A DNA stretch of 64,000 bases, taken from an uncultured bacterium. GTDB lineage: Bacteria; Patescibacteriota; Minisyncoccia; UBA6257; 2-01-FULL-56-20. A model generated the notes under the pieces. It did no database searches. It had not been told where the DNA came from and saw only the letters and a list, made by a program, of their open reading frames with translations. Positions 26,229-37,306 of the stretch are shown here, in pieces. The stretch lies in NCBI GenBank assembly GCA_963718515.1, contig OY970354.1:366942-430941 (forward strand). The letters are read 5' to 3'. A program made the position numbers and the translations under genes. Each line of letters opens with the position of its first letter. Position 1 is the stretch's first letter.

Positions 26229-27486
26229 AAAGATCACATTAAAAAACGGGCTTCGCATCGTGCTCGTTCCCCAGCCGCAAAACCTGGCCGCAACGGTCCT
26301 CATTTTGGTGCGCGCGGGATCGGAGTATGAGATAAAGAGCCAGAACGGCATCTCGCATTTTTTGGAGCACTTGACGTTCAAGGGCACGACGGACCGGCCG
26401 GAGCCGGGCATGATCGCACACGAGCTCACCGCGCTTGGCGCGCAGTTCAACGCGTTCACCGACCAGGAATATACCGGCTATTACGCCAAGGTGCGTGCGG
26501 AAAAAATCTCGGATGCGATGGGTATCGTCTGCGACCTCTATTTGAATCCGCTATTCAATAAAGATGAGATTGAGAAGGAGCGGGGTGTCATTATCCAGGA
26601 GATCAATATGCACGATGACGATCTTCCCGCGCGCGCCGACAAGTTGTTCAATCGTTTGGTTTACGGCGACCAGCCCGCAGGGTGGGATGTGGCCGGAGAG
26701 AAGATGGTCATCAAAAAACTCGGCCGCGAGGATTTCATTGCGTATCGCGATCGGCGCTATGTGATGCCGGGAACGGTCGTCGTCGTGGCAGGAAAGTTCG
26801 ACGCGCCGCGGATGCTCGCGCAGATCAAAAAATATTTTGGCGGCATCAAGCGCCATCCGCTCGGCGGAAAAAAGAAAACGATAGAGCGACAGTCGGCGTC
26901 GCGCGTCGCGCTCGGTTTCAAAGAATCCGATCAGGCGCATATCGTGCTCGGCTTCCGTGCATTCAATGCGCAGGATGAGCGACGCTACGCCCTGCGTCTT
27001 CTTACGGACGTCCTCGGCGGAGGAATGAGTTCGCGCCTTTTTATGCACATCCGCGAACGGCTGGGCGCGGCATATTATGTGGGCGCTGGCACGGATCTCT
27101 CATTTGACCACGGCACGTTGTCGATCTCGGCCGGGGTCGACCGCGCCAAGATGGAAGTGGTCCTCCGTGCTATCATCCATGAGTGTCGGCTCCTGCGGAA
27201 TGAACTTGTTCCAACGCGGGAACTCCAAAAATCCAAAGACCATATGGCTGGCACCATGATTCTGGGACTCGAAACATCCGACGATCTTGCAGGATTTTAT
27301 GGCGGCCAGGAGGTGCTCACGGGATCGATGTTGTCTCCCGAGGCGGTGATGGATAGAATAAAAAAGGTGACCGCGCAGGATGTGCAGAATGTGGCGAGAG
27401 TGATCATGAAGAACGACCGGCTCAATCTTGCAATAGTCGGCCCGTATAAAAGTCAAACAGCTTTTAAGAAAATTTTAACGATGTAA
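26215..27486 (+). CDS. M16-family zinc peptidase (insulinase-like)
   Basis: Start at MAAVKKITLKNGL. HFLEH (HxxEH) zinc-binding motif. Confidence 0.85.
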   Translation: MAAVKKITLKNGLRIVLVPQPQNLAATVLILVRAGSEYEIKSQNGISHFLEHLTFKGTTDRPEPGMIAHELTALGAQFNAFTDQEYTGYYAKVRAEKISDAMGIVCDLYLNPLFNKDEIEKERGVIIQEINMHDDDLPARADKLFNRLVYGDQPAGWDVAGEKMVIKKLGREDFIAYRDRRYVMPGTVVVVAGKFDAPRMLAQIKKYFGGIKRHPLGGKKKTIERQSASRVALGFKESDQAHIVLGFRAFNAQDERRYALRLLTDVLGGGMSSRLFMHIRERLGAAYYVGAGTDLSFDHGTLSISAGVDRAKMEVVLRAIIHECRLLRNELVPTRELQKSKDHMAGTMILGLETSDDLAGFYGGQEVLTGSMLSPEAVMDRIKKVTAQDVQNVARVIMKNDRLNLAIVGPYKSQTAFKKILTM

Positions 27487-27491
27487 GTGCT

Positions 27492-28934
27492 ATGGAATAT
27501 TCGAACGGTGAATTTTATATCACGACCCCCATCTATTATATTAATGGCGTCCCGCATATAGGGAGTGCCTACACGACGATTGTCGCGGACGTGCTGGCGC
27601 GATGGCGCGAAGCGCGTGGTGAGATGGTGACGTTCCTGACCGGCACGGACGAGTTCTCTCAAAAAACACTGGATGCGGCAAAGAAGAATAATGAGGAAGT
27701 GAAGGACTATACTGATCGTATGGCGGAAGCGTGGATGAAGGCCTGGGCCACGCTCGGCATATCGAACACGGATTTTATCCGCACCACCGAAGAGCGGCAC
27801 ATCGAAACGGTCAAAGATATCTGGGGGCGACTCGACGCCGCGGGCGATATCTATAAAGGCGAATATCAGGGATTGTATTGCAAGGGCCACGAGGCCTTTA
27901 TGAAAGAGGACGAGCTGACTCCCGACGGCCTCTGTCCGGAGCACAAGACCAAACCGGAGCTTGTGACCGAAGAAAATTATTTCTTCCGGCTATCGAACTA
28001 TCAAAAGCAACTGCTGGAATATTACGATACGCATAGCGAATTTGTGGCACCCGCGCACCGGTTCAATGAGGTGCGTTCGTTCGTCGAGAATGGTTTGGAA
28101 GACATCAGTTTTTCGCGCGAAAAAAAGGAGTGGGGGATCCCGGTGCCGAACGATCCCGGGCAGGTCATCTATGTATGGGCGGATGCGCTCGTCAATTATA
28201 TTTCTGCGATCGGCGTAGAGAAGTGGGAAGAGCATCCGGCGGATATCCATACCGTTGGCAAGGATATTGTGCGATTCCACGCCGTGATCTGGCCGGCGAT
28301 GCTTTTATCTGCAGGACTGCCATTGCCCGGACAGATCGTTGCAAATGGATTTCTGACGGTGGATGGCACGAAGATATCAAAGTCGTTGGGCAACGCCATT
28401 AATCCGCTCGACCTCGCCGCCCGGTATGGCAATGACGGCCTGCGCTATTTCTTGTTGCGCGAACTATCGTACGGCGACGACGGCGATTTCTCCGAAGAAA
28501 AAATGAAAGAGCGATACAATGCCGATTTGGCGAACGGGTTGGGCAACTTTGCTGCGCGGGTGCTCACGCTTGCGGAGAAAGAGGCATTGGCCACGAACCC
28601 GCACGACGCCGAATTCTCCGCGATCATCGACACGATGCAGAGGGCGGTGTACCAAAAACTGGGTGAGTTCAAATTTTCCGATGCGCTCGCCGCGATCTGG
28701 AGCGCGATCTCCTTTGGTGACCGCTATGTAAATGAAAAAAAGGTTTGGGAGATAAAAAACGATGCCGCGCGCGCGGCGGCGATCGGCAATCTCGTTTCAC
28801 TGCTTGAGGCGGTTGCCCGCGAACTCGTCCCGTTCCTTCCGGAAACCGCACAGAAGATCACCGCCGCGATCGTCCATGATGGCAATACGCTCAAGATAAA
28901 AAAGCCGGACATCCTTTTCCCGCGGGCGAAATAA
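27492..28934 (+). CDS. metG: methionyl-tRNA synthetase (short form)
   Basis: HIGH-type motif PHIGSAYT and KISKSLGN (KMSKS). Confidence 0.9.
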   Translation: MEYSNGEFYITTPIYYINGVPHIGSAYTTIVADVLARWREARGEMVTFLTGTDEFSQKTLDAAKKNNEEVKDYTDRMAEAWMKAWATLGISNTDFIRTTEERHIETVKDIWGRLDAAGDIYKGEYQGLYCKGHEAFMKEDELTPDGLCPEHKTKPELVTEENYFFRLSNYQKQLLEYYDTHSEFVAPAHRFNEVRSFVENGLEDISFSREKKEWGIPVPNDPGQVIYVWADALVNYISAIGVEKWEEHPADIHTVGKDIVRFHAVIWPAMLLSAGLPLPGQIVANGFLTVDGTKISKSLGNAINPLDLAARYGNDGLRYFLLRELSYGDDGDFSEEKMKERYNADLANGLGNFAARVLTLAEKEALATNPHDAEFSAIIDTMQRAVYQKLGEFKFSDALAAIWSAISFGDRYVNEKKVWEIKNDAARAAAIGNLVSLLEAVARELVPFLPETAQKITAAIVHDGNTLKIKKPDILFPRAK

Positions 28935-28959
28935 AAGCGGCGGCGCGACAACACGGCAC

Positions 28960-29553
28960 TTACGACGACCGGTCGAACAGGCTCTCGTACACGCGCTCAA
29001 TGTCCCGTTTGAAGTTCTCCATGTTTTCGTAATTATTTTCGAGCGCGATCTCCGCACGGCTGCCGATGTCGGGGATGTCCACTTCCGTCTTTACCTTCTC
29101 CTGTCGTGCAAATTCTTCCCACGTCGTCGCGGCTTCGCCCGCGCGATTGCGTGCGAGCAGGCGTGCATAGCGCACTTTTGCGTCGGCGGAAATATAGACG
29201 AGGATGGTTTTGACCCCTTCGTCGCCAAGGCTTCGGATCATTTTTTCATCGCCGAGCCATCGCACACCATCGAGGATCGCCACGTCAGCCGTGCCTTCCA
29301 TCAGTCGTTTTCGGATGGCGCGCGAGAGGGATCCGTCGCCGAATCCCGTCTCCGCATTCATAACGATCGCCATTTTTTGGAGGTTGTCGCGCGTGGGCGG
29401 AATATCCCACAGGTCGAGGGTATCGCGGAGGATGTCCGAGAAGGTGTGCCGGCTCACCGAATAGCCGTCTTCCACGAGAAGTTTTTCAAGAAGGTTCGCG
29501 CATGTTTCCTTGCCCGCGAGCGGGGCGCCGATGAGGCCGATGACGAGCTTCAT
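28960..29553 (-). CDS. P-loop nucleotide kinase-like protein
   Basis: Start at MKLVIGLIGAPLAGKET (Walker A). The longer listed ORF extends upstream without support. Confidence 0.55.
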   Translation of the reverse strand: MKLVIGLIGAPLAGKETCANLLEKLLVEDGYSVSRHTFSDILRDTLDLWDIPPTRDNLQKMAIVMNAETGFGDGSLSRAIRKRLMEGTADVAILDGVRWLGDEKMIRSLGDEGVKTILVYISADAKVRYARLLARNRAGEAATTWEEFARQEKVKTEVDIPDIGSRAEIALENNYENMENFKRDIERVYESLFDRSS

Positions 29554-29620
29554 ATGAGAATATTGTAACAAAAAATACCGCACCGTGCCGGAGCAACGAT
29601 GCGGTATTCGTCGAGAAGCC

Positions 29621-30265
29621 TCATGCCGCTCGGAGAATGGTTCCGATTTCGTGGAAGGACGATACGACGTGGTCGGGATGCGCCGCGCGGACCCGTTCTT
29701 CCTCCTGGCAACCGACCACCAAACCAAATGTCGTGAGGCCTGCCTCCTTGGCATGATTCACTCCATCGAATGTGTCGTCGATATAGAAAGCCTCCTCGGG
29801 GGAGACGCCATGCCTTTGCATGGTTTCGAGAAATGCATTCTTTTTGTTCGGAACTTTGAGTTGTACTTCTTCGAAGTAGCGGTGGATTCCGGCGCGTCGA
29901 AGGTACCACTCCACATCATCGATGGAAGAACTGACGATGATATTTTCCACCTGCTTCTCCCGACACAGCATGAGGAGTTCTTCTACGCCCTCACGCACGC
30001 TCATTGCCTGCGCCCGCATGAGCGAATGGTAATGATCCGACCAGACCCCTCGCATCATTTCGACCGTTACGGATGGGTCGATCCCGCGTTCGTAATAGTA
30101 ATCAAAGAATCGTGTGGCTCCGTGATCGGCTCGCCATGCTTTGAAGGTGGGGACGGATACCGTCGGCGCGAATATTCTGAAGATCTCCGCCACGCATTCA
30201 TGGCATATGTGGGGGTCGTCCGCGATCGTACCATTCCAATCGTACATCCCAATTTTGTATTCCAT
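29621..30265 (-). CDS. HAD-superfamily hydrolase
   Basis: Motif I YDWNGTI and motif IV YIDDTFDGV. Confidence 0.7.
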   Translation of the reverse strand: MEYKIGMYDWNGTIADDPHICHECVAEIFRIFAPTVSVPTFKAWRADHGATRFFDYYYERGIDPSVTVEMMRGVWSDHYHSLMRAQAMSVREGVEELLMLCREKQVENIIVSSSIDDVEWYLRRAGIHRYFEEVQLKVPNKKNAFLETMQRHGVSPEEAFYIDDTFDGVNHAKEAGLTTFGLVVGCQEEERVRAAHPDHVVSSFHEIGTILRAA

Positions 30266-30317
30266 GTGTCCTCCTGGAATTCGTTGCTAGCCCCATGCTA
30301 CACTGGAATTTATTGAG

Positions 30318-31205
30318 ATGCAACAAGACCCTCATTTCTTTGACGCCCACACCCATCTGCAATTTTCGGGCTACGATGCTGATCGCGACGCAGTGATTCG
30401 TCGCGCTCTTGATGCTGGCGTGCATATGGTGAACGTTGGCACGCAAAAGGATACGTCCCGCGCGGCGGTTGCGCTTGCGCTTGCGGAGCAATATCCTGAT
30501 GCGATGTATGCCGCGGTGGGACTCCATCCGATCCACACGGGGAGGTCGCACCACGATGTTCTTGAGTTTGGCGATTCGGATGCTGGAAGCGCAGCGAAAG
30601 CATTCACCTCGCGCGGCGAGAGCTTTGATGCGGATTATTATAGAGCGCTTGCGTCGAATCCAAAGACGGTCGCGATAGGCGAGTGCGGCCTGGATTATTT
30701 TCATTTTGCTGATGATGAGCCGCGCGAGGCGCAGATCACCCGACAGAAAGATGCGTTTCTCGCACAGATCCAACTTTCTAAGGAGCTGGGTAAGCCGCTC
30801 ATGGTCCATTGCCGCGATGCGTTCGCGGACCTTATTGCATTCCTGCGCCCGCATGCGGCTACGCTCGCCCCCGGCGTCATCCATTTTTTTACCGGTACGC
30901 CGGACGACGCGCGACAACTCCTCGATATGGGATTTTCATTTACGTTCGGCGGGGCGATCACATTTCCGCCGCGTAAAGGTAAAACGCACGGCGATTATGA
31001 TGAGGCGATCGCATCGATCCCTCTTGACCGCATCCTTTCCGAGACCGACGCCCCGTATGTAGCACCGGCGCCGTTTCGTGGCAAACGGAACGAGCCCGCG
31101 TATATAATGCACACAGTGGCCCGTCTCGCAGAGTTAAAAAACGTCTCGCCTGAAGAAATGAAGGCAGAGATATGGCAGAACGCGAAGCGGATTTTTAAGA
31201 TATAA
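30318..31205 (+). CDS. tatD: TatD-family metal-dependent hydrolase/DNase
   Basis: DAHTHL…, GLHP, GECGLDY motifs. Confidence 0.85.
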   Translation: MQQDPHFFDAHTHLQFSGYDADRDAVIRRALDAGVHMVNVGTQKDTSRAAVALALAEQYPDAMYAAVGLHPIHTGRSHHDVLEFGDSDAGSAAKAFTSRGESFDADYYRALASNPKTVAIGECGLDYFHFADDEPREAQITRQKDAFLAQIQLSKELGKPLMVHCRDAFADLIAFLRPHAATLAPGVIHFFTGTPDDARQLLDMGFSFTFGGAITFPPRKGKTHGDYDEAIASIPLDRILSETDAPYVAPAPFRGKRNEPAYIMHTVARLAELKNVSPEEMKAEIWQNAKRIFKI

Positions 31206-31209
31206 TAAG

Positions 31210-33606
31210 ATGACCATGACCCCGTACGACCCCAAGAAGATAGAGGAAAAATGGAATAAAAAGTGGCTGGCCGAGAAGGTTTTTAAGGCCGACGATGATT
31301 CGAAAAAGCCAAAATATTATCAGCTCGAGACCTTCCCGTACCCGTCTGCGGCAGGGTTGCACGTAGGCCATCCAAAAGGTTATACCGCGGAAGATATCCA
31401 CGCGCGCTATATGCGCATGCGCGGCAATGAAGTGCTCTACACGATGGGATGGGACGCGTTCGGCCTTCCCACCGAAAATTACGCCATCAAGGTTGGAAAG
31501 AATCCAAAGGAAGTGGCGGTGGCAAACACCGACAATTTTCGCCGCCAGGTGCAAATGTTCGGCTTCTCATATGATTGGGATCGCGAGATCGATACCTCAT
31601 CGCCGGAATATTATAAGTGGACGCAGTGGCTTTTTATTCAGCTTTATAAAAAGGGATTGGCATACCGCGCCGAAGCAAAAGTAAACTGGTGCCCGAAGGA
31701 TCAGACCGTGCTTGCGAACGAACAGGTCATTGATGGAAAGTGCGAGCGGTGCGGCACGGAAATCGAGGAGCGCAACATGGAGCAGTGGTTTTTGAAGATC
31801 ACCGATTATGCCGACCGATTGCTCGATGATCTCATGGGCTTGGATTGGCCGACGGCCACGATCAAACGTCAGGAGGATTGGATCGGCAAGAGCGAAGGCG
31901 CGGAACTTTCATTTGACGTCAACCGTGGGCCGGATGGCGAGCGCGCGGCACTCACCGTTTTTACGACGCGCGCCGACACGCTTTTTGGCGCCACGTATCT
32001 GGTGCTCGCACCGGAACATCCCTGGGTCGCGCTCGCAATAGATGACCAGCGCGACATTTTGTTAAATAAAGATGAAGTGAAGGCGTATGTGCAAGAAACC
32101 TCGCACAAGACCGACCGCATGCGTCAGGAGGATGCGAAGGACAAGACCGGCGTTGAATTGAAAGGCGTGAAAGCCATCAATCCTGCCACAAAAGAAGAGA
32201 TCCCGGTTTGGGTCGCGGATTATGTTTTGGGTTCATATGGCACCGGCGCGATCATGGCCGTGCCTGCGCACGATGAACGCGACGCCGAGTTCGCAAAAAA
32301 ATTTGGATTGGCCACGAAGGAGGTGGTGAAGGATGGCGCGCTTATAAACTCTGCACAGTTTGATGGCATGGAAATCGAGAAAGCAAAGGCCGAGATCGTA
32401 AAGTTCGTCGGTGGAAAAATGAAGACGCAGTACAAGCTACGCGACTGGTCCGTGTCGCGCCAGCGCTATTGGGGTGTGCCGATCCCGATGATCCATTGTG
32501 AGAAAGACGGCATCGTTCCGGTTCCCGAGAACCAATTGCCGGTGCCACTGCCGGATCTGGAAAATTATCGTCCGCAGGGAATGCCGCCGCTCGCAAGTTC
32601 GCCCGAGTTCATCAACGTGAAATGTCCGCAGTGCGGCGGCGATGCCAAGCGCGACGCGGAGACGCTCGACACGTTCGTGGATTCATCGTGGTATTTCTTG
32701 CGCTATCCGGATCCGCACAACGCCGCAGAAATTTTTGATAAGGCGAAAGCTGCGCACTGGATGCCCGTGGATCTTTATGTGATCGGCGCGGAACATACCG
32801 TGCTCCATCTTTTATATTCCCGCTTCATCACAAAATTTTTGCATAATGAAGGATATCTTTCGTTCACCGAGCCGTTCAAGCAATTGCGCCACCAGGGGCT
32901 TATCATGGGGGCCGATGGAAGGAAGATGTCCAAGAGCATCGGCAACGTGGTAAATCCCGATGAGATCGTGGCGGAATTCAGCGCGGACGTCACGCGGCTT
33001 TATCTTATGTTCATGGGGCCTTTTGCCGATTCGACGCCATGGGATGCAAAGGGGATATTCGGCGTCGAGCGTTTTCTTAAGCGCTTCTGGAAATATTGCG
33101 CTGGTGTGTTAGAAAAAGGATCCGCGGTCACGCCGGATGCATCGCCGTCCGCGCGCGTCGCCCTCCATCGCGCGATCAAAAAAGTAGGGGACGATATCGA
33201 AGCGTTCAAGTTCAATACCGCGATCTCGGCGCTTATGATCCTATTGAACGAGTTGGAGCTTTCCGCACCGCTCGATAAAGATAATCTTGCGGCGTTCGTG
33301 AAGATCGTGCATCCCTTCGCCCCGCACATGGCACAGGAGTTGTGGTCTTTAATGGGGAATCAGGGTTACGTCGATTTCGAGCCATGGCCGGCATACGACC
33401 CGGCCCTTATAATAGAAGAGAAGATCACGATCGTGTTCCAAGTGAATGGAAAAACAAAAGATATGGCTTTGGTGGACGCGACGATCACCGAAGACGTCGC
33501 GAAGGCGATGGCGCTCGCGAGTCCGAAGATCGTGGGTGTGCTCGCCGGCATCGCACCCAAACGCGTCATTTTCGTGGATAAAAAATTGGTCAACATCGTT
33601 ATTTAA
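31210..33606 (+). CDS. leuS: leucyl-tRNA synthetase
   Basis: 798 aa. HVGH (HIGH) and KMSKS motifs, plus a CP1 editing-domain region. Confidence 0.95.
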   Translation: MTMTPYDPKKIEEKWNKKWLAEKVFKADDDSKKPKYYQLETFPYPSAAGLHVGHPKGYTAEDIHARYMRMRGNEVLYTMGWDAFGLPTENYAIKVGKNPKEVAVANTDNFRRQVQMFGFSYDWDREIDTSSPEYYKWTQWLFIQLYKKGLAYRAEAKVNWCPKDQTVLANEQVIDGKCERCGTEIEERNMEQWFLKITDYADRLLDDLMGLDWPTATIKRQEDWIGKSEGAELSFDVNRGPDGERAALTVFTTRADTLFGATYLVLAPEHPWVALAIDDQRDILLNKDEVKAYVQETSHKTDRMRQEDAKDKTGVELKGVKAINPATKEEIPVWVADYVLGSYGTGAIMAVPAHDERDAEFAKKFGLATKEVVKDGALINSAQFDGMEIEKAKAEIVKFVGGKMKTQYKLRDWSVSRQRYWGVPIPMIHCEKDGIVPVPENQLPVPLPDLENYRPQGMPPLASSPEFINVKCPQCGGDAKRDAETLDTFVDSSWYFLRYPDPHNAAEIFDKAKAAHWMPVDLYVIGAEHTVLHLLYSRFITKFLHNEGYLSFTEPFKQLRHQGLIMGADGRKMSKSIGNVVNPDEIVAEFSADVTRLYLMFMGPFADSTPWDAKGIFGVERFLKRFWKYCAGVLEKGSAVTPDASPSARVALHRAIKKVGDDIEAFKFNTAISALMILLNELELSAPLDKDNLAAFVKIVHPFAPHMAQELWSLMGNQGYVDFEPWPAYDPALIIEEKITIVFQVNGKTKDMALVDATITEDVAKAMALASPKIVGVLAGIAPKRVIFVDKKLVNIVI

Positions 33607-34566
33607 ATGGGAGAAAAGATCTGGATCATCATAATCATCATCGTCGCGCTCGGCATCGGGTTCTATCTTTATAGCTCCGGCGTGGCCGGGCACGCCTTGG
33701 GGGACTTCGGTTCCGTGTTATCCTTTCCCTCCAGCACGCACTTGTTCGGCGCAAGCTCCAGCACATCAACATCCTTTTGGAGCTTCAATTTTTCCGCGCC
33801 GTACGTGCCTACGGTACCGCCGGGGCAGTCTACTATCACTGCGCCCCCCGCGCCGCCTAGTTTGACGAACAACCCCGTAGACCCCGCCGACATCCCCGCG
33901 GGCTTTACCGCCGCACAGCTTTCGCCGTATTTCCAGGAGGTGCGGTTCGGAGATGTTTCCGCGGGATATTATTCTTACTATGGCACGATCTCGCTCTATA
34001 CGAATTTTCCGTATAATGCGACCGGAACGATCGACGTCACCGGCTGGCAGATCAAGTCAAAAAATAGCGGCGAGTACATTCCGCAGGCGGTCGATGTATA
34101 CGATCCGTCGGGGCTCACGCCGGCGAGCGACATTCTTATGCAGAGCGGCGACACGGTTTATCTCTATTCGTCATCGGCGCCATTCAATCTGCGATTGAAC
34201 GAGTGCATCGGATACGTCGCAAACGTGGCCGCGTTCGATCCGTCGCTTCCGCTCGATTGCCCACAGGTCGATCAGTCGGCCATCGAGAACTTTACCGGCG
34301 AGTGCCAGGAATATATTGATTCGATAGGCAACTGCCAGGCGCCGGATATGTCGAGCCCGCAGGTTCCGCAGACGGATTACGCGTGCCAGGATTACCTAGA
34401 GAACAACTTTACCTATAAATCTTGTTTTGCCGCGCACGCGGGCGATGCCGATTTCTTGAGCAACCAGGTATGGGTATGGACGGGCAGTAATGTCCTCGAC
34501 CGGTACCACGACACGGTGGAACTGCTCGATAGGAACGGGTTGCTGGTGGATATTTATACGTACTAA
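33607..34566 (+). CDS. hypothetical membrane-anchored extracellular protein
   Basis: 319 aa. Start immediately abuts the leuS stop (TAAATG). N-terminal TM helix, Pro-rich linker and Cys-containing C-terminal domain. Confidence 0.5.
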   Translation: MGEKIWIIIIIIVALGIGFYLYSSGVAGHALGDFGSVLSFPSSTHLFGASSSTSTSFWSFNFSAPYVPTVPPGQSTITAPPAPPSLTNNPVDPADIPAGFTAAQLSPYFQEVRFGDVSAGYYSYYGTISLYTNFPYNATGTIDVTGWQIKSKNSGEYIPQAVDVYDPSGLTPASDILMQSGDTVYLYSSSAPFNLRLNECIGYVANVAAFDPSLPLDCPQVDQSAIENFTGECQEYIDSIGNCQAPDMSSPQVPQTDYACQDYLENNFTYKSCFAAHAGDADFLSNQVWVWTGSNVLDRYHDTVELLDRNGLLVDIYTY

Positions 34567-34578
34567 CCCCGGCGAAAT

Positions 34579-35595
34579 TTATTTCCTCTCCATCAGCCTC
34601 ATCTTGACCGGAAATTCTTTTCCGTCGCGCAAAATAAGCAGTTCTATCTCGTCATCAACATTCGCATCGACGAGGAAGTCCTGGATCGGATGATCGGCGT
34701 CAAGTTTCTTCGAATTTAATTCGAGGATGATATCGTTCTCGCGGACACCGGCTTTTTCCGCTGGGCTCTCAGGGACGACGGCGTAATCGTGCTCGCTCTC
34801 GCGCATGACGAGCGCACCGTGGTCGATGGACAGGCCCATTCTCTTTTTGAGCCCGGCGTCGATCATCGTGTAGCGGACGCCGAGTAAAGGCCGGCGGATG
34901 CGGCCGTATTTTTTTATATCGTCGATGTCGCGCCGTGCGGCGTTGACGGGGATCGCGAAGCCGATGCTCTGCGCGCCGGAGACGATCGCGGCGTTCACGC
35001 CAATGACGCAGCCGTCGCTATCCACGATCGGGCCGCCGGAGTTGCCGGGATTGATCGCGGCGTCGGTTTGGATGAGACCGCGCATTTCCTGCGCGGGCGC
35101 GCCGGGTTCGCTCTGTGCGGTAATGGAGCGCGAGAGTCCCGAGACGATGCCGACGGAAACCGTGTTGCGGAAGATGCCGAGCGCGTTGCCGATCGCGATG
35201 AGCGATTGGCCGAGCTCAAGCCGCGTGGCATCGCCGAGGCGCACGCAGGGGAGTCCATCCACAGCGATCTTCAAGATGGCCACGTCGTTGATGGGATCGC
35301 GGCTCAATATGGTGGCGGGGAATGTTCGCCCATCGTTCAATATCACCGTATACTCGGCCTTCCTCTCGCTTACCACATGCTTGTTCGTAAGGATGAGTCC
35401 GTTCTCCGCGACGACGAATCCCGAACCGCCGCCGGTTTGGACCATCCCGCGCTCGTCCGCAGTGCCATCGGGGATGGTGGGATTGAACCCTTTGGGAAAT
35501 TGTTTTTTCAGGTCCTCAAGGTGCTCGGCAATCGCGATCGAAACGACGGAAGGCATCACCTTTTTTATGATCTTAATGACGCGCTTGTCGTCCAT
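34579..35595 (-). CDS. htrA: HtrA/DegP-family serine protease with PDZ domain
   Basis: Trypsin-like catalytic motifs (…TNKHVV…, GNSGGP) and a C-terminal PDZ-like region. Confidence 0.85.
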   Translation of the reverse strand: MDDKRVIKIIKKVMPSVVSIAIAEHLEDLKKQFPKGFNPTIPDGTADERGMVQTGGGSGFVVAENGLILTNKHVVSERKAEYTVILNDGRTFPATILSRDPINDVAILKIAVDGLPCVRLGDATRLELGQSLIAIGNALGIFRNTVSVGIVSGLSRSITAQSEPGAPAQEMRGLIQTDAAINPGNSGGPIVDSDGCVIGVNAAIVSGAQSIGFAIPVNAARRDIDDIKKYGRIRRPLLGVRYTMIDAGLKKRMGLSIDHGALVMRESEHDYAVVPESPAEKAGVRENDIILELNSKKLDADHPIQDFLVDANVDDEIELLILRDGKEFPVKMRLMERK

Positions 35596-35600
35596 AATCT

Positions 35601-36467
35601 TTATTGTAGCACGAAGCGGACGTAGATCCCGGATGAAATAAAGCGGTCGGATTTGCTTTCCTTAATACGCAGTTCGCCGAACTCTCCGCCTTTGATTTTG
35701 CCGAACGAGCTTTCCACCGATTGCAGAAGCGACTGCGGTGCGTAACCTGCGGCATAGCCATTCAACAAAAAGAAGGAACCAGGCTTGTTCGAGAATATTT
35801 TTTTAACCGCGTCGAGTAATATGCAGATGTCTTCTTCTATCCTCCACACCTCGCCATCCGGGCCGCGGCCGAATGCGGGCGGGTCGAGAATGATGCCGTC
35901 GTATATCGATCCGCGCCGGGCTTCGCGCTCCACAAATTTGAGCGCATCGTCGGTGATGTAGCGCAATGTGTCTGCGGGAACGCCGGATATTGTGGCGTTT
36001 TCCTTTGCCCACGTATTGCTTTGTTTGGATGCATCAAGATGCGTCACGAGCGCACCGTGCTTGGCCGCCACAATGCTCGCGATGCCGGTGTAGCCGAAGA
36101 GGTTGAGAATTTTTGGTTGCTTGAGCGCTTTTACGCGCTCGCGCGTCCATTCCCAATTCGGTGCCTGCTCCGGAAAAACACCGGTGTGTTTGAACGACGT
36201 GAGCCGTAAAGAAAACCGCGCATCATTACTCCAAGAGACATCCCACGTTTCAGGAATGCCTTTGCCGCGCCACGATCCCTTTCCGCCATCAAAACGGAAC
36301 TCAGCCTTCGCCGATTTCCATAGGTCCGGGTGAAGTACTTTCCAGATTGCCTGCGTTTCCGGGCGGATCAAAACATATGGGCCGAATCGCTCCAATTTTT
36401 TATTATCGCCCGAGTCGAGGAGTTCGTAATCAGACCAGCCGTTCGCCGCGAGATCAATATGATTCAT
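35601..36467 (-). CDS. class I SAM-dependent rRNA methyltransferase (RlmI/RlmK-like)
   Basis: …YELLDSGD…, LNLFGYTG, ILDPPAFG motifs. Confidence 0.75.
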   Translation of the reverse strand: MNHIDLAANGWSDYELLDSGDNKKLERFGPYVLIRPETQAIWKVLHPDLWKSAKAEFRFDGGKGSWRGKGIPETWDVSWSNDARFSLRLTSFKHTGVFPEQAPNWEWTRERVKALKQPKILNLFGYTGIASIVAAKHGALVTHLDASKQSNTWAKENATISGVPADTLRYITDDALKFVEREARRGSIYDGIILDPPAFGRGPDGEVWRIEEDICILLDAVKKIFSNKPGSFFLLNGYAAGYAPQSLLQSVESSFGKIKGGEFGELRIKESKSDRFISSGIYVRFVLQ

Positions 36468-36476
36468 ATGTGTGGA

Positions 36477-37262
36477 TTATTTTCCTCCAAGTGCACCCGA
36501 GTGGCGGATGCTCCATTGATAGAGCACAACGGAGGCGGATACGGATGCGTTCAATGATTCGGTGCGCGCGTTCATCGGGATGCGAAGTGATACGTCGCAT
36601 CGCTCGAACGTTTTTTGCCGGATGCCCTTGCCTTCGTTGCCCACAATAAACAACGCTGGCGCGTCGAATTTTTCCTCAATAATATTTTTCGAGCCGTTCA
36701 TCACGAGGCCGTACGTCACAAAGCCTTTCTTTTTGAGTGTGTCCACGGCGCTGTTCACGTTACCGATAGAGATGATGGGAATGCGGAACGCCATGCCGGC
36801 GGATGACTTAACGACCGTGCCGGTGATCGGTGCCTGGTTGTGGACGGGGAGCAAGACGCCCGACGCGCCGAACGCGGCCGCCGAACGGATGATCGCGCCA
36901 ACGTTATGCGGGTCGGTCAGCTCGTCGAGTAGGACGAGCATCGTCTCGGCGGTGGGGCGGAGCTCGTAGGCGAATGGTTTGAAATCAAGCAGGAGCGAGC
37001 CCGGATCGGTCACGGCGATCACGCCCTGGTGCGACGTCTCGCGGCCCACCATATGCGACATCTCCTTTGCTTTCAGCACGCCTGGCGTGAGGTTCAATTT
37101 TTTGAGGAGCGCGCGGAGTTCACCATCTTGCACTTCCGGCGACAAAAAAACTTTGCGCACTGTGTGCGGTGCGTGAAGGAGCGCTTCCATGAGCGCATGC
37201 TTTCCGTAGATATAGATCTTTTCGTGTTGGCCTGCGCGAGGACGAGTATGGTTGTTACGCAT
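36477..37262 (-). CDS. rlmB: 23S rRNA (guanosine-2'-O)-methyltransferase RlmB (SpoU family)
   Basis: SpoU substrate-binding N-domain plus …LFIVGNEGKGI…ESLNASV… motifs. Confidence 0.8.
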   Translation of the reverse strand: MRNNHTRPRAGQHEKIYIYGKHALMEALLHAPHTVRKVFLSPEVQDGELRALLKKLNLTPGVLKAKEMSHMVGRETSHQGVIAVTDPGSLLLDFKPFAYELRPTAETMLVLLDELTDPHNVGAIIRSAAAFGASGVLLPVHNQAPITGTVVKSSAGMAFRIPIISIGNVNSAVDTLKKKGFVTYGLVMNGSKNIIEEKFDAPALFIVGNEGKGIRQKTFERCDVSLRIPMNARTESLNASVSASVVLYQWSIRHSGALGGK

Positions 37263-37306
37263 GGTGATGGTTAGGATAGAACACTACTCGAATTCTTTCA
37301 ACGGGC

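Noticed and set aside
29585-30316. 243-aa plus-strand ORF
   Set aside because: Antisense shadow of the HAD hydrolase gene, which has clear DxD-type motifs on the minus strand.
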